Positions 56,848 to 64,000 of a stretch of 64,000 nt of DNA are shown here, in pieces (positions within the stretch are counted from its first letter, which is position 1; each line of letters opens with the position of its first letter). The stretch lies in contig CBDBDQ010000005.1 in assembly GCA_965203905.1 (NCBI GenBank), forward strand, positions 3,872,001-3,936,000, read 5' to 3'. This DNA is from Spirochaetia bacterium. GTDB taxonomy: Bacteria > Spirochaetota > Spirochaetia > SZUA-6 > Bin103. The position numbers and the translations under genes were made by a program. The notes under the pieces are model-generated. The model was not told the origin of the DNA. It ran no database searches and saw only the letters and a program-made list of their open reading frames with translations.

Positions 56848-58545
56848 GTGCAGCGCGCTGCCACTTCGCGCTTTTTCCGGGCCGCCGAGGAGGGGGACCT
56901 CCCTACCATCCGCACGCTGGTGGCCGCCCACCCTGAACTGGTGCGGCTGGACCGCGCGGAGAACGACGAGCACACCGCCCTGCATTACGCAGTGCTCAAC
57001 CGGGACCTGGCCTGCACGCGCTTCCTCCTGGAGGCCGGCGCGGACCCCCACAAGGGCATCTACCCGCACCGCGACGCCACCTCGCCGCTGACCCTGGCCG
57101 AGGACCGCGGCTACGACGACCTCGTCGCGCTCATCGGCGGAGAGCTGGACCGCCGCGCCGCGCAGGCGGGCGCCGACCCGGAACGGGGTGACGAGTTGTT
57201 CGACCTGGTCCGCGACGGCGACCTCGACGGGGTCAAGCGGTTGTTGGAGGCGTCCCCGGCGCGCATCGCCGAGGTCGACGCGCAGGGGCGAAAGGCGCTG
57301 CACGCCGCCGCCGCGGCGGTCGACCTGACGCTGGTCCGTTATCTGGCTGCCCGCGACCAACGCCCGTCCCAGCCGGATGCGGCGGGCCTGACGCCGCTTG
57401 ACCGCGCGGTGCTGTCGTTCGGATGGACGCAGCGCGAGCGGGCGGCCGCGGCGCGCGCCGCCGCACAGGCGCTGCGCGAAGCCGGCGCGGAGCAGACGCC
57501 GCGGGCCGCAGCGGCGCTGGGTGACCTCGCCTTCCTGCGGTCGATCCCGAAACAGCGGCTGCAGCAGGCCACCGGGAGTTCCGGAGGCCTCCTCACCCTG
57601 GCGGTCACCTACGGGCAGCCGGCGGTGCTGGAGCTGCTGCTCGCCAAGGGCCTGGACCCCGACGAGCGGATCGATGTGCCCAACGTCGACGAGCCGGTGC
57701 AGAGCTGGGGCATGCCGCTGTGGCACGCAGCCGCCTACGGCGAGTACGCGCTGGCGGAGACGCTGCTCGACGCCGGGGCGGACGTGAACGCGATGGTGCA
57801 CGCATCCGGCTGTCCGATGGAGCGCGCCTACGGTGCGGGGGACGAGCGGATGAAAGCCCTGCTGCTGCGGCGGGGAGCCGTGGTACCGGTGGAGACCATC
57901 GGGCTGTACCGGGACGTGCAGGCCGCACGAGACATCATCGAAGGCCGGGCGCCGGCGGTGACCGACCGGCGCCACGTCACCGCGTACGAGCAACTGCTGT
58001 GGGCGGGCGCGTGCGGCGGCGAGCCGGAGATCGTCGAACTCTGCCTGCCGCGCATCGATCGTGCGCCGAGCGATCCGTGGTGGAGCCCCGTTCTGCGCCA
58101 GCCCATGCGTATCTGGAACCACGGCCCGCTGGACGCACCCGGCTTCGATCGGTACACCTATCCCCGCTGCCTGGAGGTGATCCTGGAGCACGGGGTCGAC
58201 CCGGACGTGACCGACCACCACGGCTTCACTGCCCTGCAGCACGTTGCGCAGGCCGGTACGACGTGGGGACGACAAGTGATCACGGAGCAGGAGCGCGTGG
58301 CGTTCGCGACGCTGCTGCTCGACGCCGGCGCCGGCCTGACCCGGCGCGACCCGCTGCTCCGCTCCACACCGCTGGGCTGGGCCTGCCGCTGGGGACGTGG
58401 CGAGTTGGCAAAGCTGCTCATCGAGCGCGGCGCCGCGGTCGACGAGCCGGATGCCGACGTGTGGGCAACGCCGTTGGCGTGGGCGGCCGGCAAGGGCCAC
58501 GACGAACTCGCGGCGCTGCTGCGCCGGCACGGCGCACGCCGCTGA
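56848..58545 (+). CDS. Ankyrin repeat protein
   Basis: Repeats TALHYAV, LLEAGADP, PLWHAA, LLDAGADVN, TPLGWA, TPLAWA. Confidence 0.88.
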   Translation: MQRAATSRFFRAAEEGDLPTIRTLVAAHPELVRLDRAENDEHTALHYAVLNRDLACTRFLLEAGADPHKGIYPHRDATSPLTLAEDRGYDDLVALIGGELDRRAAQAGADPERGDELFDLVRDGDLDGVKRLLEASPARIAEVDAQGRKALHAAAAAVDLTLVRYLAARDQRPSQPDAAGLTPLDRAVLSFGWTQRERAAAARAAAQALREAGAEQTPRAAAALGDLAFLRSIPKQRLQQATGSSGGLLTLAVTYGQPAVLELLLAKGLDPDERIDVPNVDEPVQSWGMPLWHAAAYGEYALAETLLDAGADVNAMVHASGCPMERAYGAGDERMKALLLRRGAVVPVETIGLYRDVQAARDIIEGRAPAVTDRRHVTAYEQLLWAGACGGEPEIVELCLPRIDRAPSDPWWSPVLRQPMRIWNHGPLDAPGFDRYTYPRCLEVILEHGVDPDVTDHHGFTALQHVAQAGTTWGRQVITEQERVAFATLLLDAGAGLTRRDPLLRSTPLGWACRWGRGELAKLLIERGAAVDEPDADVWATPLAWAAGKGHDELAALLRRHGARR

Positions 58546-58603
58546 GCGGGGCGCAACCGGGCGGGCCGGAGTCGGGCCGGCCAACCGCAAGGGAGGAACC
58601 ACA

Positions 58604-59884
58604 TTGGCATCCGTGACCGTCGCACCGACCCACGACCGATTCCTGCGCGGCGGGCAGCCGTTCTTCTATCTCGGCGACACCGCCTGGATGGCCTTCTCCA
58701 ACGTTCCTTCTGCCATTTGGACGGAGTACGTGCGTTTCCGCAGGGAGCAGGGCTTCACCGCGCTGCAGATCAGCGTGCTGCCGATCAATCACGACACCAG
58801 CGTCGCGGCGACCAACGACAGCCCGTTCGCACCGCGCGCCGGCGGCTGGGACTACGGCGCCCGCAACGACGCCTACTTCGACAAGGCCGAGCGCATGGTG
58901 GCCGAGGCCGTGGCGGCGGGCCTGGTGCCGGTGCTGGGCGTGCTGTGGCGCAACTACGTACCCGGCACCCGGAGCTCGACCGCCAACCCGGTTGCCGGTC
59001 CGATGCCGTTCGATGTCATGGAACGGTACGTCGCCCACATCGCGCGGCGTTTTCGCCCCTTCGAGCCGATGTTCTTCATCTCGGGCGACACGCTCTGGGA
59101 GTCCCCGGACGAGCCGCGTTACTACCTCCGGGCCCTGGAGCTGATCCGTGCGGGATGCCCCGACGCACTGGTCTCCATGCACCTCACCCCGCAGGCGGAC
59201 CTGCCGGACCGGTTCGTGGACGCGGTGGATTTCTACATGTTCCAGTCCGGACACAGTGTAGACCACCCCGATCGGCCGTGGCGGCTGGCCGAGAAGTTTG
59301 CCTCTTCGCGGATTCGGCGTCCGGTGATCAATTCCGAGCCCTGTTACGAGGGCCACGGACGAGGCGTCGGCCGCGCCCGGCAGGTGCGCGGGCAGTGGAC
59401 TCGATCGGAGGTGCGCGCGGCCGCGTGGCAGAGCCTGCTCTCGGGCGCCAAGGCGGGCGTCACCTACGGCGGCCACGGCGTATGGAGCTTTCACACGCGC
59501 GAGAAACGCTTTCTGAACGATCACAAGTACGTGCCGATGGACTGGTGGGAGGCGTTGCGCCTGCCCGGCGCCTGGGACTACGGGTACGCGCGCTGGCTGT
59601 TCGAGACCTTCGGCCTGGCCGACCTTGCGCCCAACCAGGCCCTGGTGGGCAGTGACGACCCCGCTATCCGCGCCGCGGCTGGCGACGGCGCCCGGGTGGT
59701 GGCAGTCTACATGCCGCACGCCGTGAGCCTGGAGGTCAACGCCGACCTGAGCCGCCACCGCATCACGCTGCTCGACCTGGAGCGGCGGCGGCCGTATACC
59801 ACCGACGTGACGGTGTCCGGCGGGCGCACGCGGTTCCAACTCCCCAACACGAACTCCGACCTGCTGATGATCGCGGTGCGGTAG
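58604..59884 (+). CDS. DUF4038 / apiosidase-like (GH140-like) glycoside hydrolase domain protein
   Basis: PFFYLGDTAW, FQSGH, PVINSEPCYE, GVTYGGHGVW; GGAGG RBS before TTG. Confidence 0.78.
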   Translation: MASVTVAPTHDRFLRGGQPFFYLGDTAWMAFSNVPSAIWTEYVRFRREQGFTALQISVLPINHDTSVAATNDSPFAPRAGGWDYGARNDAYFDKAERMVAEAVAAGLVPVLGVLWRNYVPGTRSSTANPVAGPMPFDVMERYVAHIARRFRPFEPMFFISGDTLWESPDEPRYYLRALELIRAGCPDALVSMHLTPQADLPDRFVDAVDFYMFQSGHSVDHPDRPWRLAEKFASSRIRRPVINSEPCYEGHGRGVGRARQVRGQWTRSEVRAAAWQSLLSGAKAGVTYGGHGVWSFHTREKRFLNDHKYVPMDWWEALRLPGAWDYGYARWLFETFGLADLAPNQALVGSDDPAIRAAAGDGARVVAVYMPHAVSLEVNADLSRHRITLLDLERRRPYTTDVTVSGGRTRFQLPNTNSDLLMIAVR

Positions 59885-59953
59885 CGGCCGTCCGCCGCCG
59901 GCGGGTCGACGGAGCCGCGGCCGGCTTCCGGCGACGGTTGCGGGTGTTGCAGG

Positions 59954-60154
59954 CTAATTGCCGTGAGACCAGGTTGAGCCGGTCCGCGTGTCCGCCGCGT
60001 GCTGACCCACGTCCGGCTGCGGGGTCGAACCCGCCGGATCGTGCACCAGCCCGGCGCGGCGGCCGGCGGCAGCCAGCGACAGGCACAGCGCGCGCAGCTG
60101 GCTCAAGCGCTGCAGGCGAACCGTTACCGCGTGCGCGGACATGTCTACCTTCAC
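59954..60154 (-). CDS. Small helical partner of the nucleotidyltransferase
   Basis: VDMSAHAVTVRLQRLSQLRALCLSL; GTGA overlap with the upstream gene. Confidence 0.5.
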   Translation of the reverse strand: MKVDMSAHAVTVRLQRLSQLRALCLSLAAAGRRAGLVHDPAGSTPQPDVGQHAADTRTGSTWSHGN

Positions 60155-60612
60155 TCCGTCGCTCCTGTCAGCCGCTTGATGTCGTCCTGGTCCTGCCCGC
60201 TGCCGCGCAACCGTTTCAACGCGACCAGCCCGGACCGCGACACCGTCCCGATGGCGCCGTGGTTCCATGCGACGCGCCGGCGCGACTGCCACACGCTTTC
60301 CAGGGCCGGCGTGACGTGCAGCAGGTCGACCATCAGAACGTCCTCCGAGTCTGGCTCCGGCTTGACCAGCCGAGAGATGGTCACCGCGCCTCCGGCGAGC
60401 CTCATTGGTGCCGCTGCCAGGCGATAACCAAGCTGTGCCAGGACCTCAGCGGCGGTCGGCACCTGATCGGGTGTGACCAGCATGTCGATGTCGATGGTCG
60501 CACGTGGAATACCGTATATCGCCAGTGCCACACCGCCGCACAGCGCGTAGTCGACGCGTGCGAGGTCAAGAGCATCGGTGATGCAACGAAGTTCGGTGAG
60601 CAAGTCGGTCAC
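60151..60612 (-). CDS. Pol-beta-superfamily nucleotidyltransferase (AbiEii/DUF6036-like)
   Basis: YALCGG.A...G..RAT.DID; LK...G..QD..DI. Confidence 0.78.
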   Translation of the reverse strand: MTDLLTELRCITDALDLARVDYALCGGVALAIYGIPRATIDIDMLVTPDQVPTAAEVLAQLGYRLAAAPMRLAGGAVTISRLVKPEPDSEDVLMVDLLHVTPALESVWQSRRRVAWNHGAIGTVSRSGLVALKRLRGSGQDQDDIKRLTGATE

Positions 60613-60754
60613 GGTGTTCGCACCCGACCGGAACACCTCACTTCGAACCACCATCGAGCGACTCGAATCGGGCGGCCACCTCACCCGCCATGATGCAGCA
60701 GTCTACGAGTTCCGATTACGCCCAACAACAAACGTCGCACCCGCCGCCAGACGG

Positions 60755-61126
60755 TCAAGCGGTGTAGTAGTGCGATTCGAGGAGCAGGCAGCCGCCGGTC
60801 GACTCGAAGGGGCCGTGCAGCACGCCGGGCGGGCGGCAGGCGTAGGTGTGAGCGGTGAAGGTTTCGCGCTCGCCGCCGCTGCTGCCCACGGTCAGGTCTC
60901 CTGATACCAGGAACACTTCTTCCCAGTAGTCGTGCACGAACTGCTCCGTGGTTCGGGCGCCGGGGCGGAAGCGCAGCAGCCGGGTACGCGCGCCGCGGCG
61001 GTTCTCCTCGTCCAGCCCTCCCGAAAGAATCTTCTGCTCGATCCCCGGTGGATAGCCGGCCGGCACCTCCCAGCCCGCCTCCAGGTCGACGCGGTGGAAC
61101 TCCCGATGTTCGCGTTCGAGGTTCAT
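60755..61126 (-). CDS. Cupin (ChrR-like) domain protein
   Basis: RTRLLRF.PG, HDYWEEV, RPPG..HGPF. Confidence 0.78.
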   Translation of the reverse strand: MNLEREHREFHRVDLEAGWEVPAGYPPGIEQKILSGGLDEENRRGARTRLLRFRPGARTTEQFVHDYWEEVFLVSGDLTVGSSGGERETFTAHTYACRPPGVLHGPFESTGGCLLLESHYYTA

Positions 61127-62595
61127 TCTCCTGATTCCTCCAGTTCGTCTTCGAGCCCGTACGAGTCCAGCATGGTGTCGACCAGGCCGGTGGCGGCGTC
61201 CCAGTCGAAGGTGCGGTACGAATGGGCGCGCGTCACGAACGGTGCGCCGGCGTAGAACATCTCGTACTGCTCGTGGCGCGAGGCGAACTCGGAGCCGATC
61301 ACGTCCCACGCCAGGCGGTAGAACTTGACCTTGCTGCGCGCGTCCGCGGCCGGCGACTGCTGGGTCTGTTCGATCAGCGCGGCCAGCTCGGGGTTGGCGA
61401 AGTCGCGCACGCTCGAGGGCTGCATGATGAGCCCACCCCCGGCCAGCTCGCGCAGCGTGGAAATGATCCTGCCGTACAGCTTCTGGGTGATCACCTGCGC
61501 CGCGTACAGGGTGTGCCGGTGTGGCACGTAGTACTTGCCCGCCATCGCCCCGCGCACCTCCATCGCCTCCACCATCGCTTCCACCATGCCCACCTCGGCG
61601 GCCAGCTCGCCGAGCGTATCGCGCACCCGCGGGAAGCCCGAGGTGCCGTTGACCTGCGCGATGCGGTGCGCCACGCCGACCAGGAAGCGCAGCTTGACGC
61701 ACAGCCGGATCTGGGCCTGGTAGTTCTGGTACACGTGCGCCGGGGTGGCGTGGAACTGCCTCTGGCACATGGCGATGTCGCGGTCCACGAAGACCCGCTC
61801 CCAGGGCACGTGCACGTTGTCGAAGTAGATCACCGCGTCGTTCTCGTCGAAGCGTGATGCGAACGGGTTGTCGAACACGCTCTCGGCGCGCTGCTCGTAG
61901 GAACGCCGCGACAGCACCTTCAGGCCCGGGGTAGCGATCGGCACGGCGAACGAGATGGCGTAGTTCTCGTCGCCGGGCTGCAGCGGCTGGATGCTGGTGA
62001 CCAGGATCTCGTTGGCCATGATGCCGCCGGTGGCCAGCATCTTGGCGCCGTGCACGGTCAGCCCGGCGGCATCCTCGTCCACCACCGCCGCGGTCAGGTG
62101 CTCGCCGCGCTGCTGGTGCGCGGCCTTGGCGCGGTCCGCCTGCGGGTTGATGATCACGTAGCTCAGGTACAGGTCGTGATCACGCGCGAAGCGGTAGTAG
62201 TCGGCCAGCGCCGCCGCCCGCCTGGGGTCGTACTCCGCGAACACCTCCAGCCCCATGAACATGCCGGAGATGGTGGAGGCGACGTGGTCCGGCGAACGTC
62301 CCAGGAAGCCGGCGTGCTGCTCGCTCCACGCCTCGATGGCGCGCCGCCGCGCGACCAGCTCGCCGTAGCAGCGGGGCAACTGCCAGATGCGGCTATAGCG
62401 CGAGCCGTCCTCGGCGGCGCAGGTCATCAGCTCGCCGTGCTCGCGGGCGCTCTGGAAGTCGTACAGGCCGCAGATCGAGCGCACCGCGTTGCGGTACGCG
62501 GGATGGGTGGTGACGTCGTCCACCAGCGCGCCGTTCAGATACACCTGCCGGCCGTCGCGCAGCGCGCGCGCATGCTGGTCGCCGGTCTTGATCAT
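61123..62595 (-). CDS. 4-hydroxyphenylacetate 3-monooxygenase (HpaB)-family oxygenase subunit
   Basis: LRDGR.VY, GRSPDH, GAKMLAT, RFDEND, VPWERVF, GSEFASRH..YEMFY. Confidence 0.88.
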   Translation of the reverse strand: MIKTGDQHARALRDGRQVYLNGALVDDVTTHPAYRNAVRSICGLYDFQSAREHGELMTCAAEDGSRYSRIWQLPRCYGELVARRRAIEAWSEQHAGFLGRSPDHVASTISGMFMGLEVFAEYDPRRAAALADYYRFARDHDLYLSYVIINPQADRAKAAHQQRGEHLTAAVVDEDAAGLTVHGAKMLATGGIMANEILVTSIQPLQPGDENYAISFAVPIATPGLKVLSRRSYEQRAESVFDNPFASRFDENDAVIYFDNVHVPWERVFVDRDIAMCQRQFHATPAHVYQNYQAQIRLCVKLRFLVGVAHRIAQVNGTSGFPRVRDTLGELAAEVGMVEAMVEAMEVRGAMAGKYYVPHRHTLYAAQVITQKLYGRIISTLRELAGGGLIMQPSSVRDFANPELAALIEQTQQSPAADARSKVKFYRLAWDVIGSEFASRHEQYEMFYAGAPFVTRAHSYRTFDWDAATGLVDTMLDSYGLEDELEESGE

Positions 62596-62957
62596 CTCAT
62601 CCCCCCGTCGCCGAACCGGTTGGCGCGGGCCGCTCCGCAGCACCGGGGACAGGGTAGCGATGCCGATTGTGGCGTGGCCGCAGCCGCCCGGGCTCCAGAT
62701 CGGCTAGAAGAGATGGCGCCGATTGCCGAACCCGGCACGGTGGGCGGGGTGAGCAGCGCCCCGAACTGGTCCGATTGGCCTCGTGGCTCGTGACACAGCA
62801 TGGGCGCCGGTGCCGCCACCTCTTCCGAGGCGCGCAACCAGGCGGCCCGTTCGGCCATGGTGACGCCCGGTATCGGCGCCAGGCCGGAGGCTACGATGCG
62901 GTTGGGCACGCTGGCGGGATGGGTCTCCACCACCCGGATCGTGCGGGCAAACGTCAT
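62592..62957 (-). pseudogene. Proline racemase / hydroxyproline epimerase N-terminal remnant
   Basis: VVETH....PNRIV..G...IPG.TMAE, EPRG.SD.FGALLTPP; truncated before the catalytic motif. Confidence 0.7.
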
Positions 62958-63140
62958 CGGTGCCCGTTGACCTTACGCGCAGATGCGGCGCAGCGCAATA
63001 TCCGCCACAACGGCCGCGCGGTACAGGCTTGGGGCTCTGCTGGGCGCGGAAACCGCGAAGACGCGGGCGAGTTTGCAGAGTTCGTCACGTAGTGACAGAA
63101 TCGGCGATCTCATCACATCAGGTGCGGCGATGCCGTCACA

Positions 63141-63246
63141 GATGTGCGACGAGGGCAAGGTGGTGGAGATGGGCACCCGGGACGAAATGCTTGAGCACCC
63201 CCGGCATGAGCGCACGCAGCAGTTCCTGGCCCAGATCCTCACCTGA
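63141..63246 (+). pseudogene. C-terminal remnant of a polar amino-acid ABC ATPase (GlnQ-like)
   Basis: DEGKVVEMG...EML.HPRHERTQQFLAQIL. Confidence 0.55.
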
Positions 63247-63267
63247 GCCTGCCATGTGCCTGCCCGG

Positions 63268-64000
63268 ATGAAACTGACCACCGAGGAGCGGCGCATGGCC
63301 GCGGGCGAGCGCGGTGAGGCGGTGGCACTCGCGATGTCGGTAATGGCCACCCTCGGCGAGCGCTACGGCGCGCCCGACATGGTGCCGATCAAGGGCGCCC
63401 ACGTGGACGGCTGCATCTATCGCGGCGACGAGGAGGCGTCGCTGGTGTTTGCCGAACGGCTCGCCGCCGCCGGTGCGCGCGTAGCGGTGCCGACCACGCT
63501 GAGCGCCGGCGCGCGCGACATCGAGCGCTGGCGGGAACTGCGGCTGCCGGAGGCGTTCGCGGCCGGCTGCCGGCGCATGGAGCAGGCCTACCTGTCGATG
63601 GGCACGGTGCCGGCGTGGACCTGCGCCCCCTATCTGCACGCGGCGGCGCTGCGCGTGGGCGACCAGGTGGCGTGGGCCGAATCCAACGCCATCGTGTACG
63701 CCAACACGGTGATCGGCGCGCGCACCGCGCGCTACGGCGACTTCTCCGACATCTGCGCGGCCCTGATCGGACGCGTGCCGCGCTTCGACCTGCACGTGAC
63801 CGAGAACCGAGTCGGGCGGATCCTGGTGCGGTGCCCGGCGCCGGCGCTGGCCGGCTTCGACGTCGCCGATCCGGCCACCTGGTCGGCGCTCGGCTACGCG
63901 CTCGGCGCACTGGTGCCGGACGGCGTGCCGGTGCTGGACGGGCTGCCGCGCAGCGCGACGCCCGATCAGCTCAAGGCGCTGTGTGCGGCGGTGGCCACCT
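63268..64000 (+). CDS. Aconitase X catalytic domain (cis-3-hydroxyproline dehydratase-like), runs off the window
   Basis: MKLT.EE..M..GE.G.A..LAM, AHVDGC, VPTTL, TCAPY, WAESNA..YANTVIGART. Confidence 0.88.
   Translation, partial: MKLTTEERRMAAGERGEAVALAMSVMATLGERYGAPDMVPIKGAHVDGCIYRGDEEASLVFAERLAAAGARVAVPTTLSAGARDIERWRELRLPEAFAAGCRRMEQAYLSMGTVPAWTCAPYLHAAALRVGDQVAWAESNAIVYANTVIGARTARYGDFSDICAALIGRVPRFDLHVTENRVGRILVRCPAPALAGFDVADPATWSALGYALGALVPDGVPVLDGLPRSATPDQLKALCAAVAT

Noticed and set aside
1-64000. CRISPR array, tRNA, rRNA, reverse transcriptase/retron
   Set aside because: I saw no regularly spaced repeat-spacer array, cloverleaf, rRNA-like sequence or RT motif by eye

Overview
High-GC bacterial window, probably from a host-associated heterotroph. 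The SBP signal-peptide style and the abundance of PhyH, sulfatase, sialidase, ankyrin and toxin-antitoxin genes suggest a sponge-symbiont Spirochaetota-like genome (inference). In order it contains: a Dpp/Opp ABC operon; nested IS/integrase remnants (6.8-8.0 kb); a lower-GC glycan-utilisation island (8.5-19.0 kb); a lyase and a LarA homologue; a Ku-less DNA repair cluster (PolX-PHP, Prim-Pol, LigC); metabolic genes and leuB; then an accessory region (32-61 kb) rich in intact and decayed TA/defence modules mixed with FAD oxidoreductases and a sugar ABC system; and finally decayed hydroxyproline-type catabolic genes. Two observations stand out. First, there are two diverged, inverted copies of a ~1.9 kb unit: an HNH endonuclease gene plus conserved, apparently structured ~210 bp 5' and ~100 bp 3' non-coding flanks, with no transposase. 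Second, an AT-rich cassette has a promoter, direct repeats and a structured RNA leader ahead of a CRR6/DUF1817-like + HEPN-like fusion gene. I saw no rRNA, tRNA or CRISPR array. All family assignments come from motif recognition by eye, not database searches.
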